DNA of 64,000 nucleotides. It comes from Raja brachyura. Lineage: Eukaryota. The notes under the pieces are model-generated. The model had not been told where the DNA came from. It worked only from the letters and a program-made list of their open reading frames with translations, and made no database searches. The stretch covers positions 103,168,001 through 103,232,000 of the forward strand of contig OY740785.1 of NCBI GenBank assembly GCA_963514005.1, given 5' to 3'. Shown piece by piece: positions 12,337 to 25,430 of this stretch. Position 1 is the first letter of the stretch. The number at the start of each line of letters is the position of its first letter. The position numbers and the translations under genes were made by a program.

Positions 12337-13459
12337 ATCTCCAAGATTGCGAATGACACAAAGCTGGGTGGCAAGTGTGAGCTGCGAGGAGGATGCTATG
12401 AGGCTGCAGGTTGACTTGGATAAGTTGGGTGAGTGGGCAGGTGCATGGCAGATGTAGATAAATGTGAGGTTATCCACTTTGGTGTAAGAAGGAACTGCAG
12501 ATGCTGGTTTAAACCAAAGATAGACACGGCCCCATAGCTGAAGTGTCCACGTCGCGGGGTTGGAAACTGAAAGTATCCTGAGCTAATTCTGCTACCAACA
12601 TCATCTATTGCAACAAGTGATGACTCCCACTGATTGTCACCGGAAGCTTGCATACTTTTCAGGACAGACGATGACAGCAATGTTAACATTTGAAACATGG
12701 ACATGAAAGAAGACACAAGAAGCTGGAGTAACTCAGTGGGACAGGCAGCATGGATGGTGTCAGATTAGGAAAAGGGGAGGTGCAACGAGACCTGGGTGTC
12801 CTTGTACATCAGTCACTGAAAGTAAGCATGCAGGTACAGCAGGCAGTGAAGAAAGCAAATGGCATGTTGTCTTTCAAAAAAAGAGGATTTGAGTATAGGA
12901 CCTCGGAAGTCCTACTGCAGTTGTACAGAGCCCAGGTGAGACCACACCTGGAGTATTGTGTGCAATTTTGGTCTCAGATTTGAAGAAAGACACTGTTGCT
13001 ATTGAGGGAGCACAGCACAGGTTCGCCAGGTTAATTCCCGAGATGGCGGGACTGACATATGATGAAAGAATGGATCGACTGGGTTATATTCATTGGAATT
13101 TATGATAAGAGGGGATCTTATAGAAACATGTCAAATTCTTAAGGGTTAGATGCAGGAAAAAAATTCCCGACGTTGGGGGAGTCCAGAACCAGGGGGTCAC
13201 AGTTTAAGAATAAGGGGTAAGCCATTTAGGACCGAGATGAGGAAAAACGTTTTCACTGCCACAGAAAGCGGTGGAGGCCAATTCACTGGATGTTTTCAAG
13301 AGAGAGTTAGTTACAGCTCTGAAGGCGAATGGAATCAAGAGATATGGGGAGAAAGCAGGAACAAGGTACTGATTTTCAGCAACGATCATGTCGAATGGCA
13401 GTGCTGGCTCGAAGGGTCGAAAGGCCAACTCCTGCACCTATTTTCAATGTTTCTATGTA
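12337..13459 (+). mobile_element. CR1 LINE 3' fragment interrupted by a Penelope terminal piece (~12483-12750)
   Basis: KIANDTKLGG, QVRPHLEYCVQFW and a CR1 tail. The insert begins gtaagaaggaactgcagatgctgg. Confidence 0.85.
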
Positions 13460-13475
13460 TCATACATATTAGAGA

Positions 13476-13671
13476 CCATTTGTGAAAGCTAATTAACCTA
13501 CAATTAACCTGCAGATCTTTGAAATGTGGGAGGAAACCGATGCACCCGGAGAAAACCCAAGCAGCCATGGGGAGAATGTACAAACTCCTGTACAGTTATA
13601 ACCTATAGTCAGGAACAAACCCAGGCCTCTGGCACTGCAAGGCAGCAACTCTACCACTGTGCCACTGTGTC
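13476..13671 (-). mobile_element. V-SINE fragment
   Basis: V-domain and tRNA-like head, reverse-complemented. Confidence 0.8.
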
Positions 13672-14551
13672 ACACCTCTCTTCTGACTTGAGATGAGGCC
13701 AAGAGATTCACAATTAGAATTGTGCAGGGCTTCCATTCAAGCAACACCATCTGGAGGCAATCATCTGAAAAATGGCTGTCTCGTGCATCCTTGGAACTAT
13801 TCAGTCTGTTATAACACACTGGGGAAGGCTTTGTGAAGCTGTCACTCAGACAGGTGCTCTCCCTTTCTGCAGCAAAGAATCGTAAAACATACCCTGAGCA
13901 TCCTGATTCAGGTGAGACAGAACATACTGCACAGAAGTCAGAAAACAGTTGAAAATCTGTGATTAACTAATTAAAAACTGGAGCTGGGATTGCTGTGTGT
14001 TTGTAAAAGGTTAGGAAGTCAAATGTCAAAAGCATAAATGTCATCCACGAGTAACAGTGGCTCCATTGCAAAGCTTCAAGCTGTTTCTTTTTGTGTAGTT
14101 CTAATTTTTTTTTTAAACATTAAAAATATATATTTATCTATTGGTGTGGGCACTGCTTTGCATACAATTTGTGTTTTGATGTTGTTGGAGATACTCTGTG
14201 AACAATGACATTGTACGAAGACATCATGGGAATACGGTGATTGGTTAAAATTATGGTGTAATATTTATATTCACCATTCCAGAATTCAGGACTCCGTGTC
14301 TCTGATATCTTTGTAACAAGAGTTTGAAGTTCATAAATGTTAACCGCCACAATTTACACAGCATTTGCAAATGGTCCTTCGAGAGGAAATAGTTTCAGGG
14401 CATGCCCCAAACTATTTCCTATACGTCGATGGTCTGACTGTGAGATTTTAAAGTGTAAAACACATTATGTTTTGTTAAATTGCAATTATAGAGCTTTTTG
14501 TGATGGTTCAGTGGGTGATGATAACCATCCAATCTCAACCTGCATGGTAAA

Positions 14552-14912
14552 CAGTCAAGTGAGTCAAGAGTGTGTAATTATCATATGCACTGCATGCAGG
14601 CCAATGACATTGACATTCTTACTTGCAGCAGCATAACATGTTTGCAAACACAATACTCATACATAACATAATAAAAGAAAGTTCAATAAATTATTAGTGC
14701 AAAAAAAAAGCCCAAAGTCCCTCGTGCAACCAAGACAGTATGCAGTTTGTAGTTTAGGTGGTGTTTGCAGTGTTCATGAGCCTCGTGGTTGGAGGGAAGA
14801 AGCTGTTCCTGAATCTAGCGGTCACAGTTTTCAGACTCCTACTGTATACTTTATTTCCGATGGCTGGAGTGAAATGCGAGCATGGCCAGGGTGGTGTGGA
14901 TCCTTGATGATC
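14552..14912 (-). mobile_element. Rex1/Babar LINE 3' end
   Basis: (agtcaag)n tail and gggaagaagctgttcctgaat...cagactcct...ccgatggc, typical of reverse-complemented Rex1 C-termini. Confidence 0.65.
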
Positions 14913-15104
14913 CTGCCGATCCATTCATGGTGGGATTATCAAGACCTGCGGTATCCTTAGGTTCTTCTCTATTTGCCATTCATAAGGCAAGTAACATGGA
15001 TAGAATCTCAAATCAAATATTTATTTTTGACAGCAAACAGCACCCAGCTAACAGCAGTGGTTCATACAACATGTATCCAACTAGTGGAATGTATAATTCA
15101 TAGA

Positions 15105-15430
15105 CGTCATAGAGGAATACAGCATCAAAAGATGCTCATCGACCCACCGAGTCTTTGCCGATCATGAAGTACCCTATTACACAAACCCAATTACACAAAA
15201 CTCCGCACATTCTCACCAAATCTCCCCAGATTCAACCATTCACCTACACACTTGGGGCAACCTATGGTGACAGGTTAACCTGATCTGTATATATTTTGGG
15301 GATATGGGAGAAAACTGGGGAACAAGAGGCAATGATAGGAAGAACGTGCAAACTCCACGCAGAGTGTGTCCTGGGTCAGGCTTGATCCCAGGACTCTACT
15401 GAAAGGCAACAACCTTACTAACTGTGCTAC
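15105..15430 (-). mobile_element. Diverged V-SINE
   Basis: Degenerate homology to the other V-SINE copies. Confidence 0.65.
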
Positions 15431-15474
15431 TCACCCACACAAAGCTTTCAGAGGTGCAGACATGCAATGAAGTT

Positions 15475-17206
15475 TTGTTTATTTTGAGGATGTAACTAGG
15501 AAAATGGACAAGGGAGAGCCAGTGGATGTAGTGTACCTGGACTTTCAGAAAGCATTTGAAATGGTCTCACATAGGAGATTAGTGGACAAGGTTAGGGCAC
15601 ATGGTATTGGGGGTAGAGTGCTGACATGGATAGAAAATTGGTTGGCAGACAGGAAATAAAGAGTAGGGATTAACGGGACCCTTTCAGAATGGTAGGCAGT
15701 GACGAGTGGGGTACCGTAAGGCTCGGTGTTGGGACCGCAGCTATTTACAATATATATCAATGATTTGGATGAAGGGATTCAAAGTAACATTAGCAAATTT
15801 GCAGATGACACAAAGTTCGGTGGCAGTGTGAACTGTGAGGAGGATGCTATGAGAATGCAGGGTGACTTGGACAGGTTGTGGGAGTGGGCGGATGCATGGC
15901 AGATGCTGTTTAATGTGGAGAAATGTGAGGGTATCTGCTTTGGTAGCAAAAACAGGAAGGCAGATTACTATCTAAATGGTGTCAAGTTGGGGAAAGGGGA
16001 AGTACAACGAGATCTGGGGGACCTTGTTCATCAGTCTATGAAAGTAAGCATGCAGATACAGCAGTCAATGAAGGAAGCGAATGGCATGTTGGCCTTCATA
16101 ACAAGAGGAGTCGAGTATGGAAGCAAAGAGGTCCTCCTGCAGTTGTACAGGGCCCTAGTGAGACCACACCTGCAGTATTGTGTGCAGTTTTGGTCCCCTA
16201 ATTTGAGGAAGGACATTCTTGCTATTGAGGGGCCCTGATACATCTCGAACAAGGATTGTTCGACGTACCCTACAAAGAGGCAGGCATAGCTACGCCTTGT
16301 ATTTGGAGGAAATGGGAGAAGTCAAACGATAAGTTATTAAGGGTAAGGGCCAGTTCCGCTAGTCAGTGGAGAGTATCAGTAGACAGGGATTGGTTAACGG
16401 AGGGCTTTGAGACCCTCCTGGTGGGGGATGGAGGTGTAGAGTGACTGGACGTCTGTGGTGAAGATGAGGGGATGTGAGCCTAGGGAGCAGAATTCCTGGA
16501 GACGATGGAGAGCGTGTGAGGTGTCTTGAACATAGGTAGGGAGGGATTTAACCAGATGGAATAGTATCGAGTCGAGGTATGTGGAAATAAGTTTGGTAGG
16601 GCACGAACAGGAAGAGACAATGGGTCTGCCAGGACAGTCACGTTTGTGGATTTTGGGGAGAAGGAAAATTCGGGCCGTGCGGGTCTGGAGAACGATGAGG
16701 TTGGAGGCTTAGGGGGGCAGGGAGCCGGAGTGATATGGTCAGTGATGGTGCTAGAGATAGTGGCCTGGTGCTCGTCTCTGGGGTCATGGTCCAAGGATAA
16801 GTAGGAGGAGGTGTCTGAGAGTTGGCGCGTGGCATCAGCCTTGTAGACATCAGCGCGCTAGACTACCACGGCACCTCTCTTGTCGGCGGGACACGGCACC
16901 TCCCTTGTCACCTCCCTTGTCGGCCACAGTTTAAGAATAAGGGGTAAGCCATTTAGAATGGAGACACTTTTTCTCACGGAGAGTTGTGAGTCTGTGGGAT
17001 TCTGCCTCAGAGGGTGGTGGAGGCTGGTTCTCTGGATACTTTCAAGAGAGAGCTAGATCGGGCTCTTAAAGATAGCGGAGTCAGTGGATATGGGGAGAAG
17101 GCAGGAATGGGGTACTGATTGGGGATGATCAGCCATGATCACATTGAATGGTGGTACTGGCTCGAATAGCCTGCTCCTGCACCTATTACCTAGTGTCTGT
17201 TGTCTA
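15475..17206 (+). mobile_element. CR1 LINE RT fragment interrupted by a Penelope fragment
   Basis: VYLDFQKAF and ORF 15726..16238 (KFADDTK, LVRPHLQYC). CR1 resumes at ~16922 after a deletion and ends in a tgtcta-type tail. Confidence 0.9.
16232..16890 (-). mobile_element. Penelope-like element, RT fragment
   Basis: Minus strand gives LPTYVQDTSHALHRL and IFTTDVQSLYTSIPHQEGLKAL, Penelope RT motifs. Confidence 0.85.
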
Positions 17207-20200
17207 TTTTACTTCGGAGTCACGTGAGTGACTTCGTGAAGACCCCGCCAGGCACGCATGCGCGACATATCGTCGACCGCATGTGAGTGACAGGCAGTGA
17301 GAAGCGCTGCTCCTCTACTGCAGGGACCTGCAGGTAAGAAAACTAACCTGCGGTCCATTTTTTATTTTGGGGATCTGTTACAGAGTACTCCAGGCCGCTT
17401 CGCACTGACTGCTGACCATGGGATGCGGGCAGTCAGGGCGGCAGCAACAGACTGCAGTCGGTAAAGCCCGTTGACCCAGGAGGGTTCGGGCTCACATGCT
17501 CGCCGGTCGGAGGGACGGCAGAGGCAGCCCGACTCTACACCACAGCCCACAGGACCGCGGGCCGACGGCATGTATGAAGGAATGGGGCTTGCAGGCTCGC
17601 CGTTCAAAGTCAGCAACGGCAGAGGGACAGCCCCGGCTCTACGCCGCAGCCCGCAGGGACACTGCAGACTGTCGGCATGAATGGAACCAGGAAGTGGGGC
17701 TTGCAGTCGCCGTTCAAAGTTAGCAACGGCAGAGCGGCAACCTCATGAGTGGAGCATTGTAAAGTGGGAGTGTGCCAGCTGGCTGGGAACTACCGCAAGG
17801 AAACTTTACAAACTACCGCCACCCTTACACCTGTTCCAACTTCTTGCCTGCCAGGAAGCCAAGGAGAGGCAAAAATAAAGGAATTTTCATTATTCGTTCA
17901 TGTTTCTCCAATAGGTGTGGGAAAGAAATTTGAAACCCCATGATTTTACCATAAAGTTTGTTAATTCAGTAATATTATCCTTTCAATTTCGTTCAAAGTC
18001 GGGCAAGCCCGTGATCCAGGAGGGTCCGGGCTTGGAGACTGCCGAAGGCAGAGCAGGAGCTCTGACTCAACGCCGCAGGCTGCAGGAATACCGCGGACTG
18101 ACGGCTATGCTACCCTATGGAGGTAGAAAGACAGAGCCGGGGCCCGACTCGCTACATAGGCGGGAGGCTTGCCGTTAGCGGCAGTCTATGGTCCTGCATG
18201 AGAGTCTGGTCACCATTGAAGCTGGGGGGGGGGGAGAGTGTGCTCCACCACCGGAAGCTTCATAAAGACCCTCAGGTAAGATACTAACCTTGAGTTGTTT
18301 AGCTTCTGTTCGAGACTTTGCTTACAAAAACGATGGATGGAGACCAGAATGAAGGCATTGAAGCATGCCTCCAAGGGCCAGGGGACTTCGGATGGGAGTC
18401 AGCGGCCACCATTCCCGGAGCTGCCCGCAACACCGGCAGCACCCGCTCTGCGGGCCGGGATAAGAACGCGGAAATCAGGGAGCCCTGCGCAGCCAGGACC
18501 CGTCTCTCCACCACGGCTGACCATGGAGCTGCAAAGTGGTAGGAGCACCGCGCGGGATCAGGGTAGGCAAGATCCTGACTCCCTACCACTGTCACCTAAG
18601 CATAGGGACAGTGGAACAAAGGTGAGTAAACGTGTGACCCGCTCGGCGGCACGTTCTGTCTCCCCAACTATGCAGGTCACCAGAGGCGGACCAGGTGGAG
18701 AGCTGCGCCCAGGTCGTGCCCCGCTGCAGCGGAAGGCATCGACATGCCACCAGGGGTAACCTGCTAGATTGTGGGCCGGTGATGGATCTGCTGGGAAGTC
18801 GGGTAGCCCTGCAATAGAAGGAGGTACCGGCTCACCACCGGGTCAGGCTGCCAAAGTGCAGGCCGGTGGCAGCGGATTTCGGTCGTGCGGCCCGCTTAGG
18901 CGGCAGGCAGCGACTATGCACCGTCACAGACTCATGTAGTCAGGAGTGGCAGACAGCCCTCGCGGACATCGGGGTACCACGCTTCGGCAGCAGGGACCGA
19001 CTTACCACCGCTCATGTCTTCCAGACAGGCGGGCCGCCACCGTCCGTAAGACTGCGGACCAGCGGCATGTCCGCGCGGGAGTCGCTAAGTCCCGCTGGAG
19101 TGGCAGGCAGCGACATCCTGTCTAGGCACCCATAGTCATCACCTCGACGAGGTGCGGGCCAATGACAGAAGCCTCAGTAGTTCAGGGGGACCTGAGGAAG
19201 TCGACTTGTCGTCCGCATATGCGGCGGCGGTCGCATAGCTCGGATGGATCGCATGATGGAGAGTATCCTAGAACACAATCTCTGCAGCTGGACCAGATGT
19301 CCTCCAGTTCCAGGAGACATGCGGCTGGGCCACCCAGCATGTCCCCGTCATCGGTGGGGAGTGCCAGGGATCAGCAGCCGGCTGACACGAAAGAAGGTTT
19401 GCAGCAGGAACCTGCAGTACCTGAGAAACCCAGGAGGAACTGCTGGATGTGGTCTCCAAGTCCGCCCAGCCGAAGCACTCAGGACAGCCTTTGCAGCCCA
19501 AAACTTGGGGCCAGCATAGACTACCTCACCACACACCAGCTGCAGGAACAGGTCCTTACCGAGGCGATCAACATATACCAGGCCCAAACAACTGCATATC
19601 ATTGAATGTACCAACAGTCAACACGCCCATCTGGGGCACAGGAGCTGAAGTTACTAAAGATCCTGAAATTGCTGACGTCGGGGATACTGCCTTTGCCAGG
19701 TCGGTTGACGGTACGGAAATGACGGCAGAGCAGGAGGATGCTCTTGCGTAATTAGTCATGGAATTACCCTTCCCGTATTATCGCCATTAAACTGACTCCA
19801 AACCCCATATTCACGGGGTTGTGCAAGGCATCTGCGACGCCACCACCGAGATAGCTGTTCGGTGAGGACCTGCCCAAACAGGTCTAGAACCTGGATTAGG
19901 AGGTGAAGGCAGTCGGGTTGATGAACCCACCTCCCTCCAGCAGGCCGGCAGTGCGCAGACAAACACCATATGCAAGACCTCGGGGGCCACCTGAAAGTCC
20001 AGTAAGTCCACCTCAACACAACCCAGCAACGACGGAACACCAGAAACCAGAACATCAGGCCCGCCGGTAACCATGGAGGTAAGGGGGTCTGGTTCTCTTG
20101 GAAGTGCTGCATGTATAACCTCACAAGTAGGAGGGAGGTTACATACATGCTGGGTTGCATGGGTTCTGATTGTCACTATCCCAGGGAACAAAGCAATAGA

Positions 20201-22427
20201 CATAACAGAGGCATGTAACAGCCTTGCTTGTGCCAGGAAACCGACTATTAGACATACTGCTAAGGTAATTGGTTAACTTGTAGCTACATTCCAGCCACAT
20301 AATTTGGGCCATTACACTATCGAAGCTTGCAAAAGGCATTAAAAGCGAATGCTGGACATTTTACGAGCCTATGCAGCTGCCAATCAAGGCATAAATTGAG
20401 CTACAATGGTGGATTAGCAATGTTTGTGATTGTTAAATCCCATCATTACATCAAACCCATTAGTCGTGTACAAACCGACGCAAGCGCCAAGGGCTGGGGA
20501 ACTACCAACACCATTCCAGTTGGGGCGGTAGATTTGCATGAGTCTAGTTCTCTTCAATCACAAGGTATAAACTGTTTAGAAATGCTGGGAGCATGCCAAG
20601 GGCTACGGGCTTAATGCACTAATCTGCAGCATACGCATGGCCGTCTTCAATAATACCACTGAGGTGGCATATTTAAACCTTATGGGTGGTATCAAGTCAA
20701 TATCTTGTGATGAATTGGAAAAATTAATTTGGCTCTGGTGGATTGAAACAAATATTTGGATATCAGCTATGTACCTTCCGGTTAAGCTCAACACAGTGGC
20801 GAACACCAGGTCACAAGTATTGTGATTAAACGTTATTGTGATTCATCGTTATTAAACGACATCAAGTGGATGTTGAACCTCCAAATATTTGCTAAAACTA
20901 TAGCCTGATATGAAACACCAGATATCGACCTCCTTGCATCCAGGTTGAGTCATTGGATACCAACATATGTCTCTTGAGAACCAGATCCTGGGGCAGTGGC
21001 GATGGACGCGTTCTCGCTACATTGGGGGGAAATGGGTTTTTCTATGCTTTCCCCCATTTTGCTTCATCAGACAGGTGTTGCAGAAAATGCAACCAGATTC
21101 TGCAACAGAAAGGACCATGGACATCATGCAGCATCATGCAGAGATAGTCCACAAGGAAGCAGTACCTCACCCACAAAAGGATATGGGAGGTTTCTGTAGT
21201 CGGACCTAGACCACCTACATATCTGTTACGATCTCCAATGGGCTGGAATGCTCTCGGGCCTGCATTATGATGAGTCCCTCAGTTACAGTGTCATAAACAG
21301 TGCCAGGAGTGCACTGTCATCCTATCTCAACATTGGAGTGGGATCTCACCAGATGGTATGAAGGGTATGTTCTATCCATCCCTCCCCGACTACGATATTA
21401 TATTACCAGAGATATAGGGGTGGTGTTGACCCTACTCAGGAGCTGGTCGCCTTTGACGGATTTACCACTGGACTTACTCACCTTCAAAGTGGTGATGGTA
21501 ATGGCACTGAACACAGCACAACGGGTCCAAACTCCACCTGGATAGACTGATTTCGACCCACAATAAAATGACTTCTTTATAGAAGAGTTGCTTAAACTAC
21601 ACAGGCCTGCGACTACAGGTCTGAAAATGGGCGTCAGGAATATGGAGACGGATCTGTTATCAGCCATGTAAGCCCACATCCCAGGGTGACAGTGCAGACT
21701 ATCTCCAGATGGCTCAAGGTGGTATTCGGTGCAGCAGGTAAGACACTAACATTTTAAAATGTCATTCTACCAGGGCTGCATCCACATCAGCGGCGAGGAC
21801 CATGGAGGTGTTCATGGATCATGTCCTCGCAATAGCGGGCTGGGTCAGTAAAACTACATTTCAGTGGTTTATAACAAACCTGTGGCCGCTCCCGCAACGT
21901 TGCGGTGTCAGTTTTAAGTGCTGTTCCCTAAACGTTTGTCCCCGAGTTCAGGGGTTTATTGTTGTATTAACCAAAATGTTATCATTTTCAGCTTGTTCAA
22001 GTCTGAAATATGTTAACATACTTCCTCCATCAGTATTACGGCAGTGTGTGAGCATGGACGTGATCCAGGGCATGTAATCTCAGAGCTTTGAAATCTTCAC
22101 AAAGTCACTCACGTGACTCCGAAGTAAAATAGTAAGATTAAATGAGAACTTACCAGTTTAAAGTTTGATCCTTATTTTATGACTAGTTACGATGAGGGAT
22201 TTCCTGCCCTCCGCTCCCAACCCTCTATCATAAGGTCAACTGGTATATTAGTTCTCTTAAATCTTACTATCTTCAGTCATTGTTGTTATCTGTGATTCCA
22301 CACCGCTGCTTGGAAGAACGTTGCGCATGCGTGCCTGGCGGGGTCTTCACAAAATCCCTCATCGTAACTCCTCATAAAATAAGGATCAAGCTTCAAGCTG
22401 GTAAGTTCTCGTTTAATCTTACTATTT
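17207..22427 (+). mobile_element. DIRS1-type tyrosine-recombinase retrotransposon, both termini intact, internally deleted and decayed
   Basis: Left ITR 17207-17263, right ITR 22323-22350 plus 3' extension, ICR 22094-22202 complementary to both termini, TTT ends, no TSD. RNase H (TDASAKGWG, INCLEMLG), Dam-like MT (DAF...FPPF) and YR (HSTRAAS, AGW) motifs. Confidence 0.92.
20915..21100 (+). pseudogene. DIRS-encoded DNA N6-adenine methyltransferase-like domain, frameshifted
   Basis: PDIDLLASRL...DPGAVAMDAFSLHWG...FPPF..IRQVLQK across reading frames. Confidence 0.75.
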
Positions 22428-22790
22428 TAGTTTGTTTATTGTCACGTACAGAGGTACAGTGAAAAGCTTTTGTGTGCCATCCAGTCAATGAAAAGAATAT
22501 AAATGATTACAATCAAGTCACCCACAGTGTGCAGATACAGGATACAGAGAATACCATTTACTGCAAGATAAAGTCCAGTAAAGTCCAATTAAAAATAGAC
22601 TCAAGGTCTCCAATGAGTGAGATGGTAGATAGACACAAAATGCTGGAATATCTCTGGAGTAAAGGAAAAGGTGCTGTTTCAGATCAAGACCCTTCCTCAG
22701 ATGGTAGGTCAGGACCACTCTCTAGTTGGTGATAGTATGGTTTAGTTGCCCATTAACAATTGGAAAGAAACTGTCCCTAAATGTGAATAA
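22428..22790 (-). mobile_element. Rex1/Babar-like LINE 3' end with a Penelope insert at 22629-22700
   Basis: gtttattgtcacg...gaggtacagtgaaaagc tail. The insert has a 9-bp TSD agatggtag. Confidence 0.65.
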
Positions 22791-23464
22791 GACAAGATGT
22801 TGCTGAAGTCTTAGTGACAAAAGAAGCCCAACAGGTCGGCCACTTTGGTCAGACGAGGAGGGGGCAGAGCTGCCCAGGGCAATGGCAGTGCCTGCTAATT
22901 GTCTGATCACACCGATGTGACTGACAGCCACGGTCTAATCCACTGTTCCCCAGCAAAAGCCAGACTCGTTGCCTTCAGGAATAGGAGGCAAGTGAACAAA
23001 TCCAGAGGGAGACCGTGATGCCGAACTAATGATTTCAGTGGAGATAATAAATTGCTATAATTTACAATTAAACGAGATAAACTGAAGAATATTTGCACTG
23101 TGAAAATAATACAGCTTATGCTGCCAACCAATAAAGCATCCAATTAATCCCTTGCCCAGTGAAGGCTGACATTCAAAGATGCTCGTTTTAGATCTGACTT
23201 CAATTGCTTCTGCTCCCTGGCAGGAGACAGTGAACCTGTAATCTTTACCCGAATAATTTAAGCTGAAAGGTGAATTTTCTGGTGTGAATACTCAGAACAA
23301 CATTGAGAGAGTTCATGCACAGACAGAGTGAAATACAATGTTTGAAGGGACAGAAAGATCATAATGTCATCTCCGTGTCACCAACCAGAAGTTATAAAAT
23401 GCTCTCGCGGGAATGAGACTGATGAGTTGGCGGCTCTTGGTCACTGGAGAGATGGTGCAGTGCC

Positions 23465-23850
23465 ATAGTCACAGACCTATGCAGCAAGGCTTTTTGATTC
23501 AGATTTCTGACCCATATCCCTCCCAACCCTTCTTATCCATGTATATTAAAAGTGTATTTTAAATCTTGTCTGGGTATGCACTCCACCACTTCATCTGACA
23601 GCTCATTCCATGCACTCGCCCCCTCTGTGTGACAATGTTGACTCTCAAGTGCCTGTTAAATTTCTCCCTTCTTAATCTAAACCTGTGTCCTCTAGTTTTA
23701 GACCTCTCAGCCCCAGAGGAAAATCTGTGGCAATTCACCTTGGCTGTTCCTGTCAAGCTTTTATACACCTCTATGAGGACCCCTCAGCCTCCTGTGCTCC
23801 AGAAGGAAAAAAAAGACCCGGCCAATCAAGGCTCCCCTTGTAACTCAGAT
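23465..23850 (-). mobile_element. Old CR1 3' fragment
   Basis: SKTRGHRFRLRREKF in ORF 23559..23768. Confidence 0.7.
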
Positions 23851-23894
23851 CCTTCAATCAGTTAGAATGAAACCATCCTATCACCAACTATAGA

Positions 23895-24190
23895 GTGGTC
23901 CTGGCCTACGTTAGGTTAATTGGCCCCTGCAAAATTGCCCCTTGTGCATCGGGGGTGGATGGATAACATCGAACTTATGTGATAGATGCTCAGTATGGAC
24001 TGGGGGGAGGATTCAGGTGGGGGGGGGGGAAGGTGGAGAGGGGGGCAGGTGGAGAGGGGGGCAGGCGGAGAGGGGCACTGGCAGAAAGAGAGACAGCATG
24101 CAAACTCTATGCAGATAACAGCAAAGGCCAGGACCGAGCCCCAGTCATAAAATTTGTGACATAGCAGCTGCAAAAGCTGCACTACAACGC
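23895..24190 (-). mobile_element. Diverged V-SINE with a G-rich insert
   Basis: Partial V-SINE homology on both sides of a purine-rich tract. Confidence 0.55.
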
Positions 24191-24759
24191 CCCCACCATC
24201 TCAAATTGCCCTCCCATGAGTCTCATGACTTCATTATTAGTTGCAGGACTTGCCCAGCTTTCGTGTTCATTTTCTAGGTCTACACAAAACTTGAGAGACT
24301 TTAATTTACAATAGAAGTCTTTAATACTTTACTCAATGCTGGCAGCAAGACAAGTCAAAAATGGCAGCACACACACTGTCTAGAGACAGGATAAACTATA
24401 TACAAAACATCTCCCTTTGTCCTGTGCAGTGCCACCTGCTGCACGGGAGGAGCAACGGATCATCCCACCCCACAAAGTCCACCAAACATCACATTTCCCC
24501 TTTCGAGTTTGACTGTCTCCATTTAGCTTCACTCTTTTTTTCTTCAGTGTTCTCTTTTGAAGAGATTTGCTTTATCTGTATGCGTTCTTTCGCCACTTGA
24601 TTGTAGTATTTCTCAGCGGTGGTCAGCAACGGGTCCTCCCATCCCACACAGTCCACCAAACATTACACCAACCTTCCCTCTTCTCATTTTTTCCCTTATT
24701 TAGCTGCTGCTTATAGCCTCAATATCTCCATGTCTGCCTTCTTGTCTAATCTAGTTCAC

Positions 24760-24904
24760 TGTCTGAAAAATAATTCTGAAATGTCACCTATTCCTTTTCT
24801 CCAGAGATGCTGCCTGTCCCACTGAATTACTCCAGTTTTTTGTGTCTGTCCAGCATTACTCCAGCATCTTTGGTATAAAGCAGCATTTGTAGTCCCTTCC
24901 TACA
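24760..24904 (+). mobile_element. Penelope terminal repeat with a degenerate hammerhead
   Basis: ctgaaaaa...gaaatgtcacctattcc...cagagatgctgcctgtcccactgaattactccag. Confidence 0.7.
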
Positions 24905-25430
24905 CTAGTTCACTAGTGCTCCTATGAAGGGATGTTTTGTCATGGTAAAGCTACAAAAAAAGTCAACTCATAGTTGATAACAAAAATAAATGAGAAACAG
25001 ATCTGATAACATTTACATTTTTCTTACCAATCTGGCACAAACAATAACATTTTATCCATCTGCTTTCTCTACACGGCTAACAGTGACAGAGTGACATAAA
25101 TCCATATTGCAAAGGTCCAAATCAATAGAGCCATAACCTGAAAAATAAAAATACCTAAGGCTTACCTTCCAATTTCAAAGCTACATTTCTTCACTCACTG
25201 AGCACACAATAACCAGTTTGATAATTTGCATTTATATAGGATTTTTAATAGTATGCACTCCAAGATGAAAATGGGCACCAAGCAGCTGTGGGTGAGAAAC
25301 AGTTGAGGAGGAAGCTCTCTGGAGACTTTCAAAAGGAACACAAAGAGGCAGGGAGAGCAATGCAGGGAATAGGGAAGAGATGGAAGTTGGGGGTGGAGTA
25401 TGTGGAGTAAAGAAATGTGATGATGATTTC

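Noticed and set aside
13873-13911. 39-nt plus-strand exon (cag|...CAG|gtgaga)
   Set aside because: Short, overlaps an equally plausible minus-strand candidate, and the peptide is not recognisable; indistinguishable from chance.
18295-19760. GC-rich ORF cluster as a host gene or CpG island promoter
   Set aside because: It lies inside the DIRS ITRs and corresponds to its decayed gag-like/5' region.
20915-21100. Horizontally acquired bacterial or phage Dam methylase
   Set aside because: It is the known MT domain of DIRS1 elements and is frameshifted.
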